DNA of 64,000 nt, taken from an uncultured Candidatus Rokubacteria bacterium (GTDB taxonomy: Bacteria > Methylomirabilota > Methylomirabilia > Rokubacteriales > DASRDR01). The stretch lies in assembly GCA_963708025.1 (NCBI GenBank), contig CAVPSB010000016.1, positions 64,001 to 128,000 of the forward strand. The letters run 5' to 3'. The notes beneath the pieces were generated by a model. It made no database searches. It worked only from the letters and a program-made list of their open reading frames with translations, and had not been told where the DNA came from. The translations under genes were made by a program, and so were the position numbers. Below are positions 55,392 through 64,000 of this stretch, in pieces (position 1 is the first letter of the stretch; every line of letters starts with the position of its first letter).

Positions 55392-58049
55392 TCAAGCTGG
55401 CCGGCTCGCCGGCGCCGATCGCACCGCCTTTACGGCTTCGAGGAGCGCCACCGGCCACACCACGGCCAGGCTCACGACGAGCCAGTCGGTCGCCTCGAGG
55501 GGCGCGGTGTGGAGCAGCGTCGCCAGCGGGAGCCACGCGACGGTCAGCGCCTGGACGCCGGCCAGGACGGCCAGGGAGACCCAGACGAGGCGGTTGGGCG
55601 GCAGCCGCCACCAGCCGACCGTCTCCGAGCGGCAGGCGAGCGCCTGGAGCGGGTGGATCAGCACGAGCGCGAGGAAGGCGATCGTGTTCGCCCGCGGCCC
55701 CGGCCCGTCCTGCCACACTGCCCACAGGTACGCGGTCGAGACGCCCGCGGCCAGGAGCGCGCCCTCGAGAAGCATGCGCCCGCCGAGCCGCCAGGTGACG
55801 AGCGGCTCGCGTGGGTCGCGGGGGGGACGCCGCATGGCATCCGGCTCGGCGGGGTCACGGATCAGCGCCATCGCCGGCAGGATGTCGGTGACCAGGTTGA
55901 CCCAGAGGATCTGGAGCGGCAGGAGCGGCGCCGGCAGCCCGAACAGGATGGCCCCGAAGATCGTGAGGATCTCGGAGAGGTTGCAGGAGAAGAGGAAGCG
56001 GATCACCTTGCGCAGGTTCGCGTAGATGACGCGGCCCTCCTCGACGGCCCGCACGATGGTCGCGAAGTTGTCGTCGGTGAGCACCAGATGGGCGGCCTCG
56101 CGGGCGACGTCCGTCCCGTGCCGGCCCATCGCCACGCCGATGTCGGCCCGCGCGAGCGCCGGCGCGTCGTTGACGCCGTCCCCGGTCATCGCGACGACCT
56201 CGCCGGCGGCCTGCAGGCCGGTGACCAGCTCGAGCTTGCCTTCCGGCGAGACGCGGCTCCGGATGGCGTCGGGGGGAAGCCCCAGCTCGCGCCCGACCGC
56301 CTCGGCCGTCGAGCGCTGGTCGCCGGTCAGCATGACGGTGCGAATCCCCGCCTCGGCGCAGCGCGCGATCGCCTCGCGGACGCCGGGGCGGATCGGATCC
56401 TCCAGCCCGACGAGGCCGAGAAAAGTCAGACCGTCCACCCGCGCCTCGGCGGGCCCGCCGTCAGGCCGGCAGGCGATGGCCAGCACCCGCAGGCCACGAC
56501 CGGCCAGCGTCCGGTTGGCCTCCAGCAGCGCGGCGCGGTCGCGGTCGTCGAGGGGCGCCACGGTCGCCCCGACCTGCCGGTGGGTGGCGCGCTCCAGCAC
56601 GACCCCGGGCGCGCCCTTCACCGCCAGCAGCCGCCCGCCGTCCGGTGACACGTGGAACGTCGCCATGAAGCGCGTGGCCGAATCGAACGGGATCGCGCGC
56701 TGGCGCGGCCACTGGCGAGCGAGCGCCCGGGCCTCGAGGCCGGCTTTGAGCGCCAGGACGAGGAGCGCCGTCTCGGTCGGGTCGCCATGGAGGGCCAGCC
56801 CATCGGGCTTCGCCTCGATGCTCGCGTCGTTGACGAGCGCCGCGACGGTGAGCAGGCGGGCGAGTCCCGGATCGGCGAGCGGGTCCAGCGGGCGGCCGTC
56901 CTCCAGGAAGGCGCCGGCGGCGGAGCGTCCCCCGCCGGTGACCGTGATCAGCCGGCCACCGAGCTCCACGCGGGTGACCGTCATCTGGTTCTCCGTCATG
57001 GTGCCCGTCTTGTCCGCACAGATCACGGTGGTCGCACCGAGGGTCTCCACCGCCGGGAGCCGGCGGATCAAGCCACCGGCCCGGGCCAGCCGCCACAGCC
57101 CGGCGGCGAGCGCGACCGCCGTGACCGCGGGCAGCCCCTCGGGAATCGCGGCGACCGCGAGGCTGATCGCGGTCTCGAGCATGAGCCCGACCGGCTGGCC
57201 GCGAAGGATGCCGACCAGGCCCACGACCGCGCAGATCGCGACGGCCAGCCCGATCAACCGTCGGCCCAGGCCCTCGACCTGGCGCTCGAGCGGCGTCGTC
57301 CGCTCGCCGGCCTCGCTCACGAGCTGGCCGATGCGGCCCAGCTCGGTGGTGGCGCCGGTCGCCGTGACGACGGCGAGGCCGCTGCCAGCCAGGACCGTCG
57401 TGCCCAGGTACACCATCGTCCGCCGCTCGGCGAGCGGGGTGTCGACTGCGAGTCGGGCCGACTCGTCTTTCTCCACTGCCTCGCTCTCGCCGGTCAGGGA
57501 AGCTTCCGAGACGCGGAGCGCCGAGGCCTGGACGAGCCGGCCGTCGGCCGGCACCTGCGCGCCGGCCTCGAGGACCACCACGTCGCCCGGCACCAGCTCG
57601 GCCGCGACGACGGCCGTGACGGTTCCACCGCGCCGCACGAGCGCCTGGGGGACCGCCAGCGCCCGCAGCTTCGCGAGCGACCGGCGCGCGTGCCACTCCG
57701 TCGCGAAGCCGATCGCGGCATTCAGGAGGAGCGCCGCGAGGATGGCGAGAGCCTCCACACGCTCGCCGAGGACCCAGGCGACGGCGGCGGCGGCCAGGAG
57801 CAGGAGGACAACCAGGCTGCGGAACTGGCGGAGTGCGAGACGCCAGAGGGGCGTGTCGGGCCGGTCGGCGATCCGGTTGGGGCCGACCCGGGCGAGGCGG
57901 CGCTCGACCTCGCCCGGGTCCAGGCCCTCATCGGACCCGACGCCCAGGAGCGCGAGGACGTCGCCCGACGGGAGCGCGTGCCACGCCCGCGGGGCGGCCC
58001 CATCACGCGGCGCCCCGACCGCCGAGAGCGGAGCGTTGGACCGTCGCAC
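55392..58049 (-). CDS. Cation-transporting P-type ATPase (type IIA-like)
   Basis: SLTGES, AIPEGL, DKTGT, KGAP, MLTGD, GDGVNDAPAL, WVNLVTD. Confidence 0.95.
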   Translation of the reverse strand: MRRSNAPLSAVGAPRDGAAPRAWHALPSGDVLALLGVGSDEGLDPGEVERRLARVGPNRIADRPDTPLWRLALRQFRSLVVLLLLAAAAVAWVLGERVEALAILAALLLNAAIGFATEWHARRSLAKLRALAVPQALVRRGGTVTAVVAAELVPGDVVVLEAGAQVPADGRLVQASALRVSEASLTGESEAVEKDESARLAVDTPLAERRTMVYLGTTVLAGSGLAVVTATGATTELGRIGQLVSEAGERTTPLERQVEGLGRRLIGLAVAICAVVGLVGILRGQPVGLMLETAISLAVAAIPEGLPAVTAVALAAGLWRLARAGGLIRRLPAVETLGATTVICADKTGTMTENQMTVTRVELGGRLITVTGGGRSAAGAFLEDGRPLDPLADPGLARLLTVAALVNDASIEAKPDGLALHGDPTETALLVLALKAGLEARALARQWPRQRAIPFDSATRFMATFHVSPDGGRLLAVKGAPGVVLERATHRQVGATVAPLDDRDRAALLEANRTLAGRGLRVLAIACRPDGGPAEARVDGLTFLGLVGLEDPIRPGVREAIARCAEAGIRTVMLTGDQRSTAEAVGRELGLPPDAIRSRVSPEGKLELVTGLQAAGEVVAMTGDGVNDAPALARADIGVAMGRHGTDVAREAAHLVLTDDNFATIVRAVEEGRVIYANLRKVIRFLFSCNLSEILTIFGAILFGLPAPLLPLQILWVNLVTDILPAMALIRDPAEPDAMRRPPRDPREPLVTWRLGGRMLLEGALLAAGVSTAYLWAVWQDGPGPRANTIAFLALVLIHPLQALACRSETVGWWRLPPNRLVWVSLAVLAGVQALTVAWLPLATLLHTAPLEATDWLVVSLAVVWPVALLEAVKAVRSAPASRPA

Positions 58050-58058
58050 CCGCCCGGC

Positions 58059-58160
58059 TCAGAGCCCGGCGAGATCGAGCCGGCTCGCGAAGACGTGAAC
58101 CGCGGTCGACGCCCCTGCCCGCGCCTCGAGGCACTGGATGGCGCTGCCGGTGCCATTCAT
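58059..58160 (-). CDS. 33-aa small ORF ahead of the P-type ATPase
   Basis: RBS AAAAGGAG; MNGTGSAIQCLEARAGASTAVHVFASRLDLAGL; first ORF after a sigma-54 promoter. Confidence 0.4.
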   Translation of the reverse strand: MNGTGSAIQCLEARAGASTAVHVFASRLDLAGL

Positions 58161-58210
58161 CGCGGCTCGCTCCTTTTCCTGGGGCGTCTCGGCCCCTGCG
58201 TCGTTGGCGG

Positions 58211-58226
58211 TGCAACGAGGGTACCA
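58211..58226 (-). promoter_or_regulatory. Sigma-54 promoter
   Basis: TGGTAC-CCTCG-TTGCA; palindrome TGGGGCG-CTTT-CGCCTCA at 58344-58361. Confidence 0.75.
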
Positions 58227-58669
58227 CGCGCCTCGGGCGTCGCCTCCGCGGCGGAAGCCAGGCCGCTCCCCGCCACACCGGGGGAATCCTCCCGGAACCC
58301 GGACCCGGCGATCGCCGGACGCTGTCCCCCCGCCTGGGCAGGTTGGGGCGCTTTCGCCTCACACGAGCCGGGTGGCCGCAGAGGGTGGTTGCTTGACCCG
58401 ATTCGTGGCGACGGGCTAAGCTCGGCGCGACCGCGGGCGAGACGCTGGAGAGGGCGCCATGACTGCTGGCCGCAACCCCGAATCCTCGTGGTCGGCCACG
58501 ACCTGGCCACCCCAGCGACGCCGGGATGGATGGGCTGACGGCGCTCCGCCACTTCTGAAGGACCTCCCGAAGCTTCCGGAGCCGCCGCACCGATTCCGTC
58601 GATTGGCGGCTCGCGACGTCGGGGCGGTGAGCCGCGGGTGGCGTGACCGTCCCGAACAGGGGGGAGCCG

Positions 58670-59119
58670 ATGACAGCTGAGCCGCTGACGCTCGAAGCGC
58701 TGACGCGACGTCTCGAAGGCCTGGAGCAGGCCCACCGCCGTCTGAAGCGCGGATTCGGGGTGATGGTGGTCGGGGTGGCCGGGCTCCTGCTGATGGGCCA
58801 GGGGTCCGACCGCGTGACCGCGGCGACGGTGGTCGCCCGGAGCGTCGAGACCCAGAGCCTGATGCTCCGCGATGCGACAGGAAAGATCCGGGCCCTGCTC
58901 GACGCCGACACGGTGGGCCCCGTGTCGCTCACCTTGTCCGACAAGGACGGCCGGGAGCGGGCCGCGATCGGCGTGGGACCGGCCGGCGGCGTCGGCGTGG
59001 TGTTCCGCGACCGGGAAGGCGTGATCCAAGCGGCGCTCGGGGTCAACCCTCAGGGCCGTCCATTCCACCTGCCGAAGCGGGGGCCGGGCGGCGAGGACGC
59101 CCGACCCCGCAAGGAGTGA
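58670..59119 (+). CDS. Hypothetical protein (coiled coil + TM + beta-repeat)
   Basis: LTRRLEGLEQ, TM, repeated L.D..G..RA.L/IG units; RBS GGGGAG. Confidence 0.75.
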   Translation: MTAEPLTLEALTRRLEGLEQAHRRLKRGFGVMVVGVAGLLLMGQGSDRVTAATVVARSVETQSLMLRDATGKIRALLDADTVGPVSLTLSDKDGRERAAIGVGPAGGVGVVFRDREGVIQAALGVNPQGRPFHLPKRGPGGEDARPRKE

Positions 59120-59195
59120 GCGGCTCCCCCGCTCCTTCCGGTCCCCGGGCCGGCGCGGCGCCCGGCCGCGTCCCATGGCGAGTACAATCGGGCGC

Positions 59196-60857
59196 GTGAT
59201 CGTACGCCGGCAGGCGGCCGTCCTCCTCGGGCTCCTCGTCGTCCTCCTCTTCGCGGGTCTGGGCGCCACCGCCCTCACCGACCGTGACGAGGGCGCCAAC
59301 GCCGAGACCGCCCGCGAGATGCGCGAGCAGGCATCCTGGGTCTCACCGACCCTGAACTACGTGCCGCGGTTCGCGAAGCCCCCCCTGGTCTACTGGCTGA
59401 TGGCCGGCGGCTACGCGACGCTCGGGGTCGGCGAGACGGCCGCGCGCCTGCCCTCGGCGATCGCCATCGCCGCCCTCGTCCTCCTCCAGTACGCCTTCGC
59501 CCGCTGGGCCTTCGACCCGTCCACCGCGTTCCGCGCCGCCCTCATCCTCTTGCTCACCGGCCTCGTGGTGGCGCTGGGACGCCTGGCCCTGACCGACGCC
59601 CTGCTCGTCCTGTGCACCACCGCGGCCGGCTTCGCCTTCTTCCGCGCTCACCACGGGCCCCCGCCGCGCCGGCCCTGGTACGCCGCGATGTACGGGGCCC
59701 TGGCCCTCGGCACCCTGACCAAGGGACCGGTCGGCGTGCTCGTGCCCGCGATTGTCATCGCGTTCTATCTGGCGGTGGCCGGCGGCTGGCGGCGAGTGGG
59801 GCGGGAGGCCGGCCTCCCCTGGGGTCTGGCCCTCTTTCTCCTCGTCGCCGGGCCCTGGTTCGCGGCGATGTGGTGGCTCCACGGCGGGACGTTCCTCGCG
59901 CGGGCGCAGGGCGAGACCCTGGGCCGGGTGTTCCGGACGGTCACCGGGCCGGGCGGCACCGTGCTCTTCTACCTTCCGGTCGTCCTCGTCGGCCTCTTCC
60001 CCTGGAGCGCGCTCCTGCCGGGGACGCTCGTCGAGGCTCTCCGCGGGGCGCGCCGGCGCGCCGCCGAGAATCGCGTGGAGGCGGCGGGCGTCTTCACGGC
60101 GATCTGGGTCGTGGCGGTGCTCGTCCTCTTCTCGCTCTTCCAGAGCCGACTGCCCCACTACGTGGCCCCGCTGTTCCCGGCCGCCGCGCTCCTGCTCGCG
60201 GCCCGGTGGCCCGCGCGCGTGCCGGCCATGGCGCGTGTCCTGCTCGCCGCGCTCGGGCTCCTGTGCGGCGGCACGCTCATCGCCGCCACCGCGCTCGGGC
60301 CGATCATGGCCCGGCTCCTCACCCCGGCCTATCCGGCCGCCCGCGAGGCGGCGCTGCCAGGCAGCCTGGTGGTCCTCGGGCTGCTGGCCCTGGCGACCGG
60401 GGCCGCGGCGCTCTTCCGGGATGGCCGGCGGCTGTTCCCCCTGCTGGCCACCGCCACCGCGCTCCTGTTCGCGGTCGGCGTCCACCTCGCGTGGCCGGCC
60501 TTCGATGCCCGCTTCGTGGCCCCGGCCGGCCAGCTCGCCCGCGCCGCCGGGGCCATGGCCCGGCCGTGCGACGACGTCGTGGTGATCGAGCCCTACCGGC
60601 CGAGCCTCGCCTGGTACGCCCGCCGTCCGGTGCACTTCGTCGGCATCCGCGATGCCTCCCGGCTCGCCGAGATCGCCGCTCGGCCGGGCCGGCTCTTCGT
60701 CCTCACGCCGCGGCTGCGGGTGGGGGATCTCCCGGCGGCCGTCGCCGCGCTGGCGCCGCTCGACACGCGCGGGGGCTACGTGCTGCTGGGCAGCGCTCCG
60801 GTCGGCCCGTGTCCCGGCGCCGCCCCGGAGGCCCGAGCGGGTACAATCACCCCATGA
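59196..60857 (+). CDS. ArnT-like glycosyltransferase (GT39/GT83)
   Basis: DRDEG..AETAREM, KPPLVYW, ARLPSA, LTKGPVG, PHY; TACAAT 7 nt before GTG. Confidence 0.88.
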   Translation: MIVRRQAAVLLGLLVVLLFAGLGATALTDRDEGANAETAREMREQASWVSPTLNYVPRFAKPPLVYWLMAGGYATLGVGETAARLPSAIAIAALVLLQYAFARWAFDPSTAFRAALILLLTGLVVALGRLALTDALLVLCTTAAGFAFFRAHHGPPPRRPWYAAMYGALALGTLTKGPVGVLVPAIVIAFYLAVAGGWRRVGREAGLPWGLALFLLVAGPWFAAMWWLHGGTFLARAQGETLGRVFRTVTGPGGTVLFYLPVVLVGLFPWSALLPGTLVEALRGARRRAAENRVEAAGVFTAIWVVAVLVLFSLFQSRLPHYVAPLFPAAALLLAARWPARVPAMARVLLAALGLLCGGTLIAATALGPIMARLLTPAYPAAREAALPGSLVVLGLLALATGAAALFRDGRRLFPLLATATALLFAVGVHLAWPAFDARFVAPAGQLARAAGAMARPCDDVVVIEPYRPSLAWYARRPVHFVGIRDASRLAEIAARPGRLFVLTPRLRVGDLPAAVAALAPLDTRGGYVLLGSAPVGPCPGAAPEARAGTITP

Positions 60858-62617
60858 CGGGCCGCGTCGCACACCGTGATCCGGGCGGGGCCGAGAAGCG
60901 AGCCGCGCCCATCGGCGAACGACGCGGGGAGGAGCCGACCGCCGGCGCGCCCCGGTTGGCCGGGGCCGGGCTCATCGTCGCCCTGGGCCTCGCGCTCTAT
61001 CTGCCGGGGCTCGGCGCGGAGATCCTCCGCCATCCCCTGGAGGCGCGATACGCGCTGGCCGCGCGCGAGATGCTCCGCGGCGGCCCCCTGCTCGTCGCGC
61101 ATCTCTTCGGCGAGCTGTACCCGGACAAGCCCCCGCTCTACTTCTGGGTCACGGCGCTGTTCGGCTGGCTCGACGGGGGCCGGATCGGGGAGGCCACGGC
61201 GCGACTGCCTGCCGCGCTGGCCGCGCTGGCCGGACTGCTCCTGGTCTACCGGCTCGGCGGCGACCTCTTCGGCCGGCGGAGCGGTCTGCTGGCCGCGCTG
61301 GTGCTCGCGACCAGCAATCTCTTCTTCTGGTACGCGCGCCAGGGCCATCCGGATCAGTTCCTGACGGTATTCGTCACCCTCGCCTGTCTTGGCCTCTGGC
61401 GGGTGCTCGGCTCGCCCGGCGGTGCGGCCCGGAATGCCTGGGTCGCCGTCGCCTACGTGGCCATGGGGCTCGGCGTGCTGAGCAAGGGCCTCCTCGGGCT
61501 CGTCCTCCCGCTCCTCGCCGGGCTCGTGTACGCGGCGGCCACCGGTCCCCTCCGCGCGGTGCCGGCCCGCCTCCGTCTCGGCCCCGGCCTCGGGATCTTC
61601 CTGGCCGTCGTCCTCGCCTGGTACGGGCCGGCCGTCCTCCGCTACGGCACGAGCTATCTCTACGAGACGCTGGTTCACCAGCACGCGGTGCGTTACGCCG
61701 AGACGTGGGCGCACAAGGCGCCCTGGTACTACTACTTCGGCGAGTTCCCCTCGGGGTTCTTCCCCTGGGTACTCTTCCTGCCCGGGGCGTTCGTTCTCGG
61801 CTGGCGGCCCGGCGACGAGGAGGCGGGCGGCCGGGCCGGGTCGGGGTCCCGGCCGTTCCTCTTCCCGCTCGGCTGGTTCGTGGCCGGCTTCATCTTCTTC
61901 AGCTTCTCGTCCGGCAAGCGCGGCGCCTACCTGCTCCCTCTGTACCCGGCGGCGGCGCTCATGGTGGGCTGGGTGTGGGATCGGATGCTCGCGCGCGGAA
62001 CGGGCACCCGCTGGGTGGGGATCCCGCTGGGGGTAATGAGCGGGGCCGCGGCCTTCCTGGCGTTCGGCCTCCTGGCCATCGGCCTCGGCCTCGTGTCCCG
62101 CCGGCTCGTCCCGGGACGCATGGTGCACACGCTCGTGCCCGGCGACCCCCGGCTCCTGGGGGTGGCGGTCCTGCTCCTCCTCGCCGGCGCCGCCGCCGTG
62201 TGGCTCCTGTGGGCGCGCGGACGACCGGCCGGCACCTTCGCGGCGCTGGTGGCGGTGCAGGCGGTCCTGCTGCTCACGGTCGCCACCGTGCGCGCCCCGC
62301 AGTACGAGGCCGAGTATCCCGTCCGGGCGTTCGTCGCCCGTGTCCGGGCCGCGGTGCCGCCCGGCCAGCCGCTCTTCTCGCTGCTCTACGACTACGACAA
62401 CCTCGTCGCCTTCTACCTGGACCGGCCCATCCGGCCGCTGCCCGGCCCGTCGGAGCTGCTCGCCACCCGGGCCGCCGACGGGCCGCGCTACGGCCTCGTC
62501 GATAACGACGACCTCGCGATCCTGGAGCAGCCGGGCGTCTCCGTGCTCGCCGAGACCCGGCTCGGTCCCAAGCGCGTCGTGCTGATCCGCCTCGACCCCC
62601 GCCCGCCCGCCTCCTGA
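60854..62617 (+). CDS. ArnT-like glycosyltransferase (GT39/GT83)
   Basis: EARYALAAREM, DKPPLYFW, ARLPAA, LSKG, H.APWYYY, KR..YLLPLYP. Confidence 0.88.
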   Translation: MTGRVAHRDPGGAEKRAAPIGERRGEEPTAGAPRLAGAGLIVALGLALYLPGLGAEILRHPLEARYALAAREMLRGGPLLVAHLFGELYPDKPPLYFWVTALFGWLDGGRIGEATARLPAALAALAGLLLVYRLGGDLFGRRSGLLAALVLATSNLFFWYARQGHPDQFLTVFVTLACLGLWRVLGSPGGAARNAWVAVAYVAMGLGVLSKGLLGLVLPLLAGLVYAAATGPLRAVPARLRLGPGLGIFLAVVLAWYGPAVLRYGTSYLYETLVHQHAVRYAETWAHKAPWYYYFGEFPSGFFPWVLFLPGAFVLGWRPGDEEAGGRAGSGSRPFLFPLGWFVAGFIFFSFSSGKRGAYLLPLYPAAALMVGWVWDRMLARGTGTRWVGIPLGVMSGAAAFLAFGLLAIGLGLVSRRLVPGRMVHTLVPGDPRLLGVAVLLLLAGAAAVWLLWARGRPAGTFAALVAVQAVLLLTVATVRAPQYEAEYPVRAFVARVRAAVPPGQPLFSLLYDYDNLVAFYLDRPIRPLPGPSELLATRAADGPRYGLVDNDDLAILEQPGVSVLAETRLGPKRVVLIRLDPRPPAS

Positions 62618-62628
62618 CCGGGCTCGGT

Positions 62629-63879
62629 CTACCGCATCCCGCGGGCCAGGCGCGCGCTCTCCGGGCGGAGCCGGAGCCACACCGTCGAGGCCAGCCCCGC
62701 CAGCCCGCCGACGCCGAGGAGGGCGTAGGCCCAGCCCCACTCGGTGTAGGGTCGCCCGGTGTTGGTCGCGTCCAGCACCAGGCCGAAAGCCGACTGGGCG
62801 ATGGCGCCGGCACCGAAGCCGAGGAGCGAGCGGAGTGCCAGGGCCGAGCCGAGCACGTGGGGCGCCACCACCTCGGTCAGGCCGACCGAGAGCACCGGCG
62901 AGTCGCCCACCGCGCTGAACCCGTAGACGAGCCCGACGACGAGCAGGATCCAGAACGGCGCCGCCACCAGCCAGCCGAAGAGGAACGAGCAGGTCGTGCT
63001 CACCGCCAGCATGCCGATGATCACGGCGGTGCGGCCGAAGCGGTCGGACAGCCAGCCGGCGCTCAGCGAGGCCACGAAGCCCGTCAGGTGGAAGAGCGCG
63101 GTGAGCCGGGCGCCGCCGAAGGTCGCCTGCCCCAGCTCGACGCCATCCCGCATGAGGGAGGCCGAGAGGAAGGCGGGCGTCCAGGCCCACATGCCGAGCA
63201 GCTCCCAGGAGTGGAACGTGTAGGCGGCCATCAGGAGGAGCGCGCCCGGGTTCCTCAGCACCTCGGCGGCGAAGCCCTGGCCGGCGGCCGGCGGGTGGAC
63301 CCGGGTGGGCGTGTCCCACACGGTCCAGGCGGCGACGACGGCGGCGACGACGGGACCCAAGGAGGCGGCGGTCAGCGCGGCCCGCCAGCCCCAGCGGGCC
63401 AGGACGGCGCCGGTCAGGAAGAGGGACCCCGCGTACCCGATGGAGGTGGCGGCGAGGAAGAAGCCCGTGGCGCTCCCACGCGTGGACGCCGGGAAGCGGT
63501 CGGCGATGAGGATGAGCCCGGGCGTGTAGTTGCCGCCGATCATCAGCGCCGTCAGCCCGTAGAGGAGCGCGGCGGAGAGTGGTCCATCGGCGAGGAGGGC
63601 GAAGGCCATGGCGGCGGGAGCGCCGGCGAGGCTCGACCAAAGGAACACCGGCCGGGCGCCGATCCGGTCGGCCAGGAGGTTCCAGCCGACCAGGGAGATC
63701 GCGTAGCCGATCTGGAAGGCCGAGGCGACCGAGCCGGCCGCCGCCGCCGACATGTCCCAGTCCCGCTGGAGCACCGGGAGCACTGCGGCGTAGCTCGTGA
63801 AGACCAGGGCCATCAGGAAGCGCGACAGGCAGACCCCGGCCAGCCACGCCGTGTCACGGCGCGCCGTCGTGCTGGACAT
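62629..63879 (-). CDS. MFS transporter
   Basis: ~12 TM, LADRIGAR and LSDRFGR motifs, YTPG, WELLGMWAW. Confidence 0.92.
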   Translation of the reverse strand: MSSTTARRDTAWLAGVCLSRFLMALVFTSYAAVLPVLQRDWDMSAAAAGSVASAFQIGYAISLVGWNLLADRIGARPVFLWSSLAGAPAAMAFALLADGPLSAALLYGLTALMIGGNYTPGLILIADRFPASTRGSATGFFLAATSIGYAGSLFLTGAVLARWGWRAALTAASLGPVVAAVVAAWTVWDTPTRVHPPAAGQGFAAEVLRNPGALLLMAAYTFHSWELLGMWAWTPAFLSASLMRDGVELGQATFGGARLTALFHLTGFVASLSAGWLSDRFGRTAVIIGMLAVSTTCSFLFGWLVAAPFWILLVVGLVYGFSAVGDSPVLSVGLTEVVAPHVLGSALALRSLLGFGAGAIAQSAFGLVLDATNTGRPYTEWGWAYALLGVGGLAGLASTVWLRLRPESARLARGMR

Positions 63880-63896
63880 CGACGCCGGCCGCGGGG

Positions 63897-63998
63897 CTAG
63901 GTGCGGGCCTGGGCGGAGGGTCGGTAGGTCTTGGGCCCGAGCGGGACGATGCCCCCGTCCACGAAGATGGTGGTGCCGGTCGTGGACCGGGCATCGGC
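63897..63998 (-). CDS. C-terminus of an SDR-family protein (partial, window edge)
   Basis: ARSTTGTTIFVDGG. Confidence 0.65.
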   Translation of the reverse strand, partial: ADARSTTGTTIFVDGGIVPLGPKTYRPSAQART

Positions 63999-64000
63999 GG

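Noticed and set aside
13776-63847. Long antisense or alternate-frame ORFs (e.g. 13776-16385, 36223-38580, 39479-41833, 49200-51764, 60776-63847)
   Set aside because: R/G/P/A-rich shadow ORFs expected at this GC, overlapping well-supported genes

Overview
Very GC-rich bacterial chromosomal segment. Gene content and style suggest a diderm such as Candidatus Rokubacteria (Methylomirabilota); this is inference only. Left to right: (i) 1-9 kb housekeeping/catabolic genes (HEAT-TPR protein, RraA-family, LLM oxidoreductase, pyk, FAH-family, FAD oxidoreductase, SDR); (ii) an 8-30 kb hopanoid/membrane-lipid locus (ispH, PagL-like barrel, two Zn-dehydrogenases, hpnD, hpnA, Omp85-like barrel, hpnG, hpnH, CruF-like, shc, mlaEFD-TolC-mlaC, cytidylyltransferase, phnW, phnA-like, flippase-like); (iii) an ECF sigma factor coupled to a protein fusing a zinc anti-sigma domain, an O6-methylguanine methyltransferase and an Ada-type Zn sensor, with three copies of a candidate cognate promoter (the most novel-looking system here); (iv) a GAF hybrid kinase, molybdopterin oxidoreductase, cyclase-ATPase, NIPSNAP, hflX and LPS genes; (v) a 47-58 kb stress/low-oxygen-type island (ba3 oxidase, ADP-forming acyl-CoA ligase, four USPs, cytochrome c, receiver protein, P-type ATPase) with six sigma-54 promoters and a shared palindromic enhancer; (vi) two ArnT-like genes, an MFS and a partial SDR. 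Intergenic spaces carry covarying structured repeats placed just after stop codons, and several deleted gene stubs. Six +1 frameshifts look like sequencing errors. No rRNA, tRNA, CRISPR array or transposase was seen. All calls come from reading motifs by eye; no searches were run.
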